Notes under the pieces: model-generated
What the model saw: only the letters and a program-made list of their open reading frames with translations
Told to the model about the DNA's origin: nothing
Database searches by the model: none
Made by a program: the position numbers and the translations under genes
Shown: piece after piece, positions 1 through 10,729 of the stretch
Layout of the letters: every line of letters begins with the position of its first letter
Position numbering within the stretch: position 1 is the first letter of the stretch
DNA from: Chiloscyllium plagiosum
Taxonomy: Eukaryota
Reading direction: 5' to 3'
DNA: 64,000 bases
Assembly: GCF_004010195.1 (NCBI RefSeq)
Contig: NC_057758.1
Location: 5,765,997 to 5,829,996 of the forward strand

Positions 1-199
1 CATCTAACACCACCACCTCTCTCCAACTTTCAAGCCAAGTTTGTATCCATTTGTAACCTTACTAACCAGTGTCGCCTGGAAAACCCTGTCCAAGCCCTTG
101 CTGAATTAACTATAGAGAGCGTCTTCTGCTCTGCCATCATCAATCTTCTTGTTGAGCTCATCAACAGACTCAATCATGTTTATGAGATAGTGCTTTGTA

Positions 200-1015
200 T
201 CCACCGACACCTACAAATGGACCCACGACAGGAATACATTTCCCTCCCCAACCTTATCCACTTTCCGCAAAGACGGTTCTCTCCTTGCCCCCTAACAAGC
301 CACCCTCAACTCCTGGTACTTTCCCCTGCCACCGCAGGAATTGTAAAAACTGCCCACACACCTCCCCTCAGCATCCGTCCAAGGCCAGAAAAGAACCTTC
401 CACATCTATAAAAGTTTCACCTGCACTTCCAGATATGTCCTTGATTGTATTCGATGCAATCACCTTCACATTGTGCAGACTGGACGCCTTCTCGCAGAGT
501 AGTTTACAGAACATCTCCAATACACCTGCAAAAATAACCCCACTGCCCCCGTCTAAATATTTCAACTCCCCCTCCCATTCTTCCGAGGAAATGCAGGTCC
601 TGGACCTCCTCTATCGTCACTCCCTCACCACCCGACGCCTGGAGGAAGAATGCCTTATCTTCTGGCTTGGAACTGTCCAGCTCGAGGGTATCAATGTGGA
701 CTTAAACATTTTCCTCCTTTCCTTTACCCCAGCTCCAACCATGCAGCTCAACATCGCCCTTATGACTTGTCCCACTTGTCAATTTTCTTTCCCACCTCTA
801 TACTCCACCCTCCTCTCCGATCTATTACTTTACACCCGCCTCCATCGACCTATTGCACTCTCAGCTACTTTCTCCCCAGCGCCGCCGCCTCCCTTCTATC
901 TCTCCACCCCGCGGCTCCCGGCCTCATTCCTGATGAAGTGCTCTGGGCCGAAATGTCAATTTCCCTGCTCCTGGGATGCTGCCTGACTTGCTTTGCTTTT
1001 CTAACAACACACTCT
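200..1015 (+). mobile_element. Penelope-like element 3' fragment (GIY-YIG region, pyrimidine-rich tail, terminal hammerhead-like motif)
   Basis: Translations PGTFPCHRRNCKNCPHT and TRRLEEECLIFWLGTVQLEGINVD match Penelope-type endonuclease C-terminus; ends with CTGATGA..GAAATGTC..GGATGCTGCCTGAC terminus shared with other copies in the window. Confidence 0.75.
930..957 (+). ncRNA. Degenerate minimal hammerhead ribozyme motif
   Basis: CTGATGA-AGTGCTCTGGGCC-GAAATGTC; core boxes intact, stem II disrupted. Confidence 0.45.
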
Positions 1016-1049
1016 CAATCCAAGCACAAAGTTGTGCCGACTACCGCTT

Positions 1050-2350
1050 AACAATGCTTGCCTTTCCAAATATACGTGATTCCTGTCCCGCAGAATCGCT
1101 TCCAACAAAGCACGCACAACTGACATCAAGATAATTGGTGTTTGGGTCTCTGGCTTTCACTTGCAGGGTTTGTTTTCAAATAAATTGCTGGCATAACATT
1201 AGCCAACCTCTAGGCTTACCTGTGGCGGTCAGTAGAAATATCTCTAAGGGGCTCCGATATTTCTTCCTGAGCTTTCCATAATGATCCGGGATGTACTTGA
1301 TTAATTCCCAGGGATTTGGCTATCTTTATACGTTTCAAAAACTCAAGTACGTCCTGTTCTGTAATGTAGACTCTTTTGAAGACATCCTTCTTTATTTCCC
1401 TGACTTCCCCAGGTTTGCTCCCCAATGTCGTGAAATTTTCGATTAGGTTATCACCCATTTCATGTGGTTCCACGCATTGATGACCCCATTGATTTTTAAG
1501 GGACAACATGCTGTCAAAAGTTCATGTTTAGTTATTAATATGCTTGTAGTTTCTCTTTGGATTTTCATGTACCCGATCCGCCAACGCTTTCTCAGGCCCC
1601 TGTTTGCCCTCCTGAGTTCCATGTTAACTGCACTACCACACCTGAAATGTTTTTCAAGTGATTCTATTCATCCTGCTGACTATATATATTGTGTGTCCCT
1701 TTTTCTTGACCAGAGCCTCAATATGCACAGTCATCCAGTATTTCCTCCCTGTGTCAGCATTATCCTTCATATTAACAGGAATATGCTTGCCCTGAACTCT
1801 CGTTGTTTCTCTCTTTTGAAAGTTTCCCAATTGCCACACGTCCTTTTAACTGCAAATTACGTCCAATAATTAACGTTTGAAAGGTCTTGACTAATAATTT
1901 CTGGATTGCGGCAAAGCCAATTTTTTACTCTTTAACTTGTGGAACAGGCCTGTTCAATTCCATAACTATTATCAATCTAATAGAATTGTGGTCTCTTTGA
2001 CAAAATGCTTGCGCACTCATACCTCAGTCCCATTTCCCTAATTGTTTCCGAAGGGGAGGCCAAGCTTTGGCCCTTTCTCCAGTCCGCCTATTTACATATT
2101 GACTGAGGCAATTTTCCTGACCATAATTAACAAATTCCTCCCATCCAAGCTCTGAACACTACCGCATTCCCAGTCTCGATTTGGAAAGTTACAACGCTCT
2201 CATTCTTACAGATATCTGATATCTCCTGACATGTTTACTGCTCAAATTCCCGCTGACTGTTGGGGGCCTGTCGTACAGTCATGTGAAAGAGATCATCCAT
2301 TCTCATTTCTCAGTTCCACTAAATGGTTTCACTGGGCGATCCCCAGGATT
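1050..2350 (-). mobile_element. CR1-type LINE ORF2 fragment (late endonuclease to start of RT), decayed
   Basis: Minus-strand translation ..LKRIKIAKSLGINQVHPGSLWKAQEEISEPL.. resembles the CR1 KSPGPDxxxPRxLxExxEEI motif. Confidence 0.8.
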
Positions 2351-2399
2351 ATCCACAAGTGTGTGTCGGGTTGTACTTGACCCAGAGAGGCACGAGTAT

Positions 2400-3000
2400 C
2401 CGTGGGGCAACATTTGCTATTGTTAACTAGGAAGCATTAAAAGAGTTTGGCAGAGGGTTGGGACTTTGAAGAAGAGAGGGTCTATCGACCTGTGAGGGGA
2501 AAATACATCAGCCATCGAGAGGAGTTTGACTGTTCAGGAGATCCAGGGTTACTGCAAAGGGAGGAAAAAGACGTCTGGTTTAAAGTGCATTTATTTCACC
2601 ACACACAGCCTGATTGATAAGGCATTCAATTTCAGAGGATGGATTGGCTCTGGGATGAAGATACTATAACCATAACCAAAAGATGTCTGAGAGAAAGGTA
2701 GGACTGGGAGATCCGTTTTCCAAGATGCAGAAGCTGCAGGCGTGACAGAAATACAAGCAAGTGAGGAGGGGATGTTGCCTTTTTGATAAGGGAGTAAATC
2801 ACATCAGTGCTAAGAGATGATACACTTAAGGGATCATTTAATGAGGCCATGTGTTTAGAATTTAGGAACAAAACGAGAATATTCACTCTGTTTCGACTGT
2901 ATTATAGACCACTACATAGCAAACAAGTACTAGAGGAGCAGATGTGTCACGAAATTGCAGATACCTATAAGAATATGATAGAAGCATTCGTTGGAGATTT
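2400..3000 (+). mobile_element. CR1-type LINE fragment (APE endonuclease N-terminus)
   Basis: LYYRPL..LEEQMC..VGDF motif in ORF 2807-3013. Confidence 0.75.
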
Positions 3001-3019
3001 TAGATTAGATTAGATTAGA

Positions 3020-3280
3020 TTTTGACAGATCAGCAAGGAGAGAAGGTGGAGTGAAGCAAGGGCTGCTGGGAGGGTAAGTTTTCCCACTTAAAAAGGGTCT
3101 TATCTCGGGAGTTGGGTCTCTATTTTGACAGAGCGGTGAGGAAAGAAGGTGCAGTGAGAGAGTGCTGCCGGGAAGGGAAAGATTTCACACTTAAAAAGGG
3201 ACTAACCTCGGGAGTCGGGCCTCTATTTTGACAGAGCGGTGAGGAGAGAAGGTTGATTGAAGCGATGGCTGCCGGGAAGC
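3020..3280 (+). repeat. ~2.5 copies of a 103-bp unit in the CR1 5' UTR
   Basis: TTTTGACAG recurs at 3020, 3123 and 3226. Confidence 0.85.
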
Positions 3281-3469
3281 AATGGGCTTAATGTATATTT
3301 GGGCAGTGGCTAAACACGAGGTACTTCAAGTTTAGTGTCTCCCTTCCATCCCGGTCCTCTGGCTAGAAGTAAAACACTCTGTAAGGTAAGGCTTTTATTT
3401 TTTCTTTATTTTTCTTTTCATATATTTAAGTGCTTTGTTTGGTTTTGCTTCTTGTAAAGCCAAGCTTAC

Positions 3470-4430
3470 AGTGGTAGGGGACCTCAGACCCGTGGCATGT
3501 ACCTCTTGCCTGACGTGGGAGCTTAGGAACGTGTCTGACGTTCCTGACTCTTTTAATTGCTGGAAATGTGTCCAGCTGCAGCTCTTTTTTGACCGCATAA
3601 CGGCTCTGGAGCTGCGGCTGGACTCACTGTGGAGCATCCGTGATGCTGAGGAGATCGTGGATAGCACGTTTAGTGATGTGGTCACACTGCCAGTGAGATT
3701 TGCTGAGGGAGACAGAGAATGGGTGACCAATAGACAGAAAATGAGTAGGAAAGCAGTTCAGTGCCGGTGTCCCCTGTGGTCATCTCCCTCCAAAACAGGT
3801 ATACTGTTCTGGATACTGTTGGGGGAGATGGCACATCAGGAGGGGGCAGCAGTTGCCAGGATCATGGCACGGTGGTGGGCACTGCTGTTCAGAAGGGCGG
3901 GAAAAAGCGTCGTCGGACCGTAGTCACAGTGGATTCTATTGTGCGGGGAGTAGATCGGCGGTTCTGTGGCCGAAAACGGGACTCCCGGATGGTATGATGC
4001 CTCCCTTGTGCTCGGGTCAGGGATGTCACCGATCGGCTGCAGAGCTTTCTAACAGGGGAGGATGAACAGCTAGTTGTCTTGGTGCATATAGGCACCAACG
4101 ATACGAGTATAAAACGAGATGAGGCCCTGAAAGAAGAATTCAGGAAGCACGGAGAGTGGTTAAAGAGGAGGACCTCAAAGGTAGTGCTAGCTTGCGCAGA
4201 AATAACAAAATACGCAGGATGAACGCGTGGCTTAAGATATAGTGGAGGAGGGAAGGATTCAGATTTATTGGACATTGGGACCTGTCCTGGGGAAGGTGGG
4301 GCTATTACAAAATGGATGGTCTACATCTGAACCAGACTGGAACCAATGTCCTTGGGGGAGTGTTTGCTACTCCTCTTGGGGAGGTTTTAAACTCATGTGG
4401 CAGGGGGCTGGGAACCAGAATAGAAAACAT
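3470..4430 (+). pseudogene. CR1 ORF1 remnant (CxxC..CxxC zinc finger, coiled coil, SGNH/GDSL-like esterase)
   Basis: CTSCLTWE..FNCWKCVQLQ..LELRLDSLWSIR; VTVDSIVRGVDRRFCG; VHIGTND; DGLHLN; frameshifted. Confidence 0.85.
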
Positions 4431-4519
4431 GTAGGCAGTGAGGTGAAGACTGGAGACTGTAAGATTTATGAAGGTAGCATTAATAAATGAAGAATATGCA
4501 GAGAGCAGATGAGTACAAA

Positions 4520-7500
4520 AAACAAACTGAAATGCAGCTACATAATTCAAGGAATATAGTGTGCAAGGCAAATGAACTTAGGGCTTGGATTGATGCCTGG
4601 TAGTATGATATTGCAATCACAGAGTCTTGGTTGAAGGAACAGCATGATAATTGGTAATTAAATGTTCCAGGATACAGACGCTTCAGACAGGACAGGGAGC
4701 AGAAGAGAAAACATGTAGGCAGTGAGGTGAAGACTGGAGACTGTAAGATTTATGAAGATAGCATTAATAAAGGAAGAATATGCAGAGAGCAGATGAGTAC
4801 AAAAAAAAACTGAAATACAGCTACATAATGCAAGGAATATAGTGTGTAAGGCAAATGAACTTAGGGCTTGGATTGATGCCTGGTAGTATGATATTGCAAT
4901 CACAGAGTCTTGGTTGAAGGAACAGCATGATAATTGGTAATTAAATGTTCCAGGATACAGACGCTTCAGACAGGAAAGGGAGGGAAGTAAAAGGGTGGGG
5001 GGGAGTGGAGTTGTAGTGCTGTTCAAGGACGACATCATGGCTGTGCTAAGGGAGTACACTATGGAGGTCTTCGGTATTAAGGCATTATGGGTGGACCGGA
5101 TAAATACAAAGGGTGCAGTCATACTGGCGCTGCATTACAGGCCTCCGATCAGTGAGCGTGAGGTGGAAGAACAAACGGTTAAAGAGATTGTGGAAAGATA
5201 CAGAGGCAATGCGTTAGTGGTGATGGTAGATATTAATTTTCCAAACTGACTGGGATACACTTAACGTCAGATATCTGGATGGGATCGACTTTGTAAGAAG
5301 CGTTCAGGAGAACTGGGATACACTTAACGTCAGATATCTGGATGGAATCGACTTTGTAAGAAGCGTTCAGGAGAGTGTCTAGAACAGTATGTCAATAGTC
5401 CGACGAGGGAAGGGATCATGTTGGACCTGGTACTGGGGAACGAGCCAGTACAGGTTGTAGAAGTTGCAGTGGGGGATTTCTTTGGTAACAGTGACCACAA
5501 TTCTGCATGTTTTCGAATACAAGATAAAGAACAGATTGTCCCTAAGGGTTCTTAGGGAAGAGTACTAAACGGGGCCAAGGCCAATTATATCAAAATTAGG
5601 GAGGAGCTCGGAAATTTGGATTGGACACAGCTATTTTAAGGGAAGGCCACATTTGAGATGTGGGAGCCCATCAAAGATAGGTTAAAGTACAGGATGGGCA
5701 TGTCCTGTTGAAGGCAAAGGATTGGAAGGGCAAGTTTCGTAAACCGTGGCTGACAGGAGAAATTGTACGATTAGCCAAGAGGAAAATGGAAGCATGCATA
5801 TGGTCGAGGGAGCTAAGAACTGAACGGGCCCTGGAAAAATATCGGACGAGTAGGACAAGTCTTAAACGAGGAAGGAATTCTGTAAAATGCGTCATGGAAT
5901 AGATTTTGCGAGCAGAGTTAAGGGGAATTCCAAAGCATTTTATTCTTATATAAGAAGGAAGCGGGTGACTAGAGAAAGGATGAACCCGAGAGAATGGGTG
6001 AGATTCTGAATGATTACGTTCCATCAGTGTTCACTGAGGAGAGGAACATGATGAATGTTGAGATTAGAGATAGAGGTTTAATTAGTCTGGATCACGTTGC
6101 CGTAAGTAGGGAAGATGTGTTGGGTAGGCTAGAAGTTGTTATGGTGGACAAATCCGCAGGACCAGATGAGATCTATCCAAGGTTCTGAGGGAGCCAAGTG
6201 AGGAAATAGCTGGGGCCCCGACAGATATCTTTGTGGCATCTTTAAATACAGGTGAGGTGCCGGAGGACTGAAGGGTTGCTCAAGTTGTCCCCTTGCACAA
6301 GAAGGGTAGTAGGGCTATTCCGAGTAACTGCAAACCCGCAAGTCTGACGTCGGAGGTAGGAAAGTTGCTGGAGAAGGTACTGAGGGATAGGATCTATTTA
6401 TATTTAGAAAAAATGGGCTTATCAGTGATAGGCAACATGGTATTGTGCGGGGGAGATCGTGCCTTACCAACTTAATAGAGTTCTTCGAGGAAGTGACGAA
6501 GTTCAGGGATGAAGGAAGGGCTGTACATGGACTTTAGGAAGCCGTTTGATAAGGTTCCCCATGGTAGACTAATGGAGAAAGTGAAGTCATATGGTGTGCA
6601 GGGTGTTCTAGCGAGGTGGATAAATTACTGGTTGAGCAATAGGAGACAGAGAGTAGTACTTGAAGAGAGTTTCTCGAAATGGAGAAAGGTGACCACTTGT
6701 GTGCCACAGGGGTCAGTAATGTGGCCCCGTTGTTTGCAATATACCTAAATTATCTGGAAGAGCGCACTGTTGGTAAGATCAGCAAGTTTGCAGATGACAC
6801 GAAGATTGGTGGAGTAGCAGAAAACATAAGGGACTGTCAGCGAATACTGGATGATATAGATAATTGGAGAGTTGGGCTGAAAGGTGACAGATGGTTTTCA
6901 ATCCAGACAAATGTAAGGTGATGCATTTAGGCAAGACTAATTCGAGAGCGAATTATACAATGAACAGAAGAGTCTTGGGCAAAGTTGATGGGCAGTGAGA
7001 TGTTGGAGGGCAGGTCCATTGTACCCTGAAGGTTTCTGCACAGGTGGATAGAGTGGTCAAGAAGGCGGATAGTATGCTTGCCTTCATTGGACGGGGTATT
7101 GAGTATAAGAGCTACAAGTCATGTTAAAATTGTACAAGGCATTGGTTCGGCCGCATTTAGAATGCTGTGTACAGATCTGGTCGGCACATTACAAAAAGGA
7201 AGTGGACGCTTTGTAGAGGGCGCAGAGAAGGTTTACGAGATTCGGTTCATTTTCATTAGAAAAAAGGACATTGAGGCGGGACCTGTTTGAGGTTTACAAA
7301 ATCATGAAAGGTAGAGACAGAGTGGTTCGAGACAAGATTTTTCACAGGATGAAGGATTCAATAACGAGAGGTCACACTTTCAAGGTGAGAGGTGGAAAGT
7401 TTGAGGGAGATGCACGCGGCAAGTACTTCATACATATGGTGGTGGGCGTTTGGATTGCGTTGCCAGCAGAGGTGGGAGAGGCAGGCACGGTCGATTCATT

Positions 7501-7558
7501 TAAGATGCGTCTGGATAAATGCATGAGTAGGAGGGGAGTAGAGGATACAGATGCTTAG
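4520..7558 (+). pseudogene. CR1 ORF2 remnant (APE endonuclease and reverse transcriptase)
   Basis: AITESWL, HYRPP, SDH, YMDF..FDKVPH, PQGS and FADDTK motifs spread over many short ORFs. Confidence 0.9.
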
Positions 7559-7633
7559 GAATTAACCAACAAGTTTCGACATTACATTTTAATCGGCTCA
7601 CGTTTGGAGGGCCAAAGGGCCTGTTCCTGGGCT

Positions 7634-7810
7634 GTAGATTAGATTCTGCACTGTGTAAAAACAGGCCCTTTGTCCCAACACGTCCACACTGCTCAACCGA
7701 AGAGAAACCCAAAAAACCCATTCCTCTATCCTATATTTACCCTGACTAACGCACCGAACACTGTGGTCAATTTCGCGCAGTGGGAGGAAACCCACGCAAA
7801 TTTGGGGAGC
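7634..7810 (-). mobile_element. tRNA-derived SINE (HE1-like), 3' part with (AATCT)n tail
   Basis: Reverse complement matches the 3' halves of SINEs at 56475 and 59010; tail reads TAGATTAGATT on +. Confidence 0.7.
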
Positions 7811-8659
7811 ATTGCGGTGGAAAGAAAAGCTGTCAAGTCCGGGCCAAATCCAGAGGCATGAACAGCTTCAGAATCTGGAGGGTCGTACAAATGTAGGAAG
7901 GGGCGTGGATCTTGCAGGCGGTTAGAGGTAGCAGGTTTCACAGAACCTGCAGGATAGGACCGATAATCGTTTGTGGATCCTGAAGGATATTACAATTTGA
8001 CCCACAGATCTTGTTTGATCGGATCATTGGGCCGATCTTAATGATCTAATTCTGGATGTGCTTACCAGAATGGGCGAGCACAGCGTCAGATTCCCAGACT
8101 GGGAAATATAATTTCAGATGTGAATCTATTTAACCATTCGGTCTGTGTATCTGACACCTGGCGTTCGTCTGATAGAAAGCATTCTCTGCTCATCTGGTGA
8201 CTTCCATATCTATAAGACTGACCAGAGCTCACCTCGTCAAGCCTTTGTTTGGAATGTTCTTCATTTTTAATATTTTAAAATGTCAATTTCGTGAGATGCA
8301 GAAATTCAGGAGTTCCATTTTGAGAGAATGAAACGTTTATTATTGACACTGACCCATACTGTGTCATTTCGTTAATTCTGTTGTTTTCTGCAGATTATCA
8401 CACCGAGGATTGTATAACCAAGGAGTCTGAGTGCAGATATTCTTTGCTTGGTAGAGGGGGCCCTGAGCACCAGGAGCTGGGAAACTACATGCTGCTTGTA
8501 GGTGGGGCTTGGCACCAGACTGGGTGAGAGCAGCTCCCTGAGTAAATAACTGGTACGGAGCTTGGGATCTTCCTGCGGTATTTCGCCTTGTGCCATATAT
8601 TTATCTCCCTCTTAAGAGTGAGAGTATCATGTTCTCCAGTCCTGACATTCCACACTCAC

Positions 8660-8790
8660 TGCAAACCCATCCACCTGTTGAACATCTCCCTTCACTCTAA
8701 CTACCTCCAGCCCTTACAACCTGGCTTTCGTCTCGTCTCTACTGCAGTCCCTACCGACCTGGTTCTTTGTTATCACAATGCATTGCTCTG
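8660..8790 (+). mobile_element. Highly decayed L2-type LINE RT fragment
   Basis: PLQPGFR....DLV...NALL resembles L2 RT PLQSGFR.HSTETAL.KV.NDIL. Confidence 0.4.
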
Positions 8791-9329
8791 AGCTGCGTGG
8801 AAGCATGTTTGGGCCAGTGAAAACAAGATAACTCTCTCATTCTCCATGTTAGTCTTACAAAATCTCCTTATTTATCTCTCATCCATAAGGGGAAGGAAGC
8901 ATCGTTTCGCATCCACCCTGTCCATTCTCCTGAGAATCTCTACATTTTACAGAGAACAACGGTCCACCTGATGACCATCAGCAGTATAACACCGAAGTGA
9001 CATGTTGATATTAGTCTATTTTCTGCAAACACTCATTTTTGCTCCATCCTTCCCTAATTCTGAAACCTTCCCCTGAGTGAGCAGTACTCCAACCCACTAA
9101 TTACTGGGAATGCCCAAAACATCCTTACCCCTGAAATTTCCTCATATTCCGATATCCATCCTTGTCTGTGGGGACCGCTCCAGCTTCTACAGTCGTCCCA
9201 ATTCATTGCATATCCTACAACTCACACCACCTCTGCATTCTCTAGTCGTTATATTTCTCCCTGTCTACTCTGTCCCTTCAAGCCTCCTACCTGTGGCAGA
9301 TCCTATAGTTACGAAAACAATCCCACTCA

Positions 9330-10720
9330 CAGGAATTTCGACTTGAGACGACAACACTCTGTGATTCCTTTCGGTTCTCTCCATCTCTGTTCCCACCTTA
9401 CTTCCCAACAGCCCTACTTGCATGTACAACATCATCAAGTCTCTACAACTCTCCTGATCTGTGGAACGTCCAGCAGACCTTACAACTCTTTGCTATCTCT
9501 GTAACTGCCTGCAGAGTTTTGATACCTCCCCAATTCTATAACATCTCCAGTCGCTGTGCCCCTCCCTACCATGGTGAGCCGCTTCAATCTCCACAATCTT
9601 CACTGCTTGTGTACGTCATCAGGATTGGTATAACTCTGCTTTTTCTGTAGTGCCCTGCAACCCCCAGAATCCTCCATGGCTGTCCCAATTTTTCCTTTCA
9701 CTCGTACTCGCCCTATCTATGTAAAGTCTGTATAAGTACAATCCCCATTACCATGTTGCCACCCCCAAACCCGAGAGCCATCGCCATTTGTATAACCTGC
9801 CACAGACCCACATACTCCCAAATGCTGAAAAGTGCTCTCAGCAATGCAACCCTCCCTACCTTTTTAACACTGTTCAGTTTTTAAAACCGTCCCTATCAGT
9901 GTAATCTCCTCCAGTCCCTGCAGCATTCTCGAGCTGCATATCCTTTTAAATCCCAACAACACTCCCTATCTGTGTAAACTCCTGCAGTTACTGCATACCT
10001 CGCTATAGGTGTAACTGCTTTCAGGGCACTATATCTTCCATTTGTCTGGAAACAGCTCCCTGTAGCCCATCCTTCGTTAGTAAATGAATAGTCTGCCACA
10101 ACCCCCTCATGACTGTATCCTCCTCCACATTCAACAAGCCTTCCCATCCCTATCACATCTTCCAGCATGCATAATACTCACTCTCTTTTAAATATCTTCC
10201 AGTGTATAAATAATTTCTCTCCACTGGACTTTCTCCAGTCCATACCATACATCCTAGTCCGTACAATCCACGTTGTCCCACGTTCTCACAGTCCATATCA
10301 CCATCCCTATCGTTATAATGATCTCCAGTCTTTACCACCCTCCCTATACTTGTAACATTACCCAGTCAATGCCACACTCCCTATCCCTGTAACATTCTCC
10401 AGTACATACCACGCTCGCTATCACGATGATATTCTCCAGACACCACAACTCCTGTTATAATATACCACATCCGAGCTGCCTCCGAATATTTCGACACCTT
10501 GATCAATATCGTCCCTGTAACGATCCACAGCTCTGTACTCATCCCAATGTCTGGAGTGTAATCCAGGACGCTCTATCTGTGGAACTTCCTCCAGTGTCTC
10601 AAACCCTTTCTCCCACTACCATTCTTTCGTATCCTTAACCTTGCAACATCCTCGAGCCCGTGAACAACTCTCTAACTCTGTAACCACTGCCTTCTCCTTT
10701 ATCCCCGACTCTCACTAAGA
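9330..10720 (+). repeat. Degenerate C/T-rich minisatellite, ~36-37 bp unit (approx. CTCCCTATCTCTGTAACCTCCTCCAGTCCCTACAAC)
   Basis: CTCCAGT/CCCTAT/TGTAAC motifs recur, e.g. 10323, 10361, 10397, 10434. Confidence 0.75.
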
Positions 10721-10729
10721 CACTCTGTG

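Larger units (their letters stand above)
3020..7635 (+). mobile_element. Near full-length CR1 (HER1-like) LINE, inactivated
   Basis: Tandem-repeat 5' UTR, ORF1 (zinc knuckle, coiled coil, esterase), ORF2 (endonuclease and RT with YMDFRKPFDKVPH, VPQGSV and KFADDTK), CR1 3' UTR; multiple stops and frameshifts. Confidence 0.92.

Noticed and set aside
8060..8530. Possible exons (minus-strand donor near 8065, plus-strand acceptor near 8393)
   Set aside because: Splice-like sites are present, but translations resemble nothing recognisable and have no partner exons
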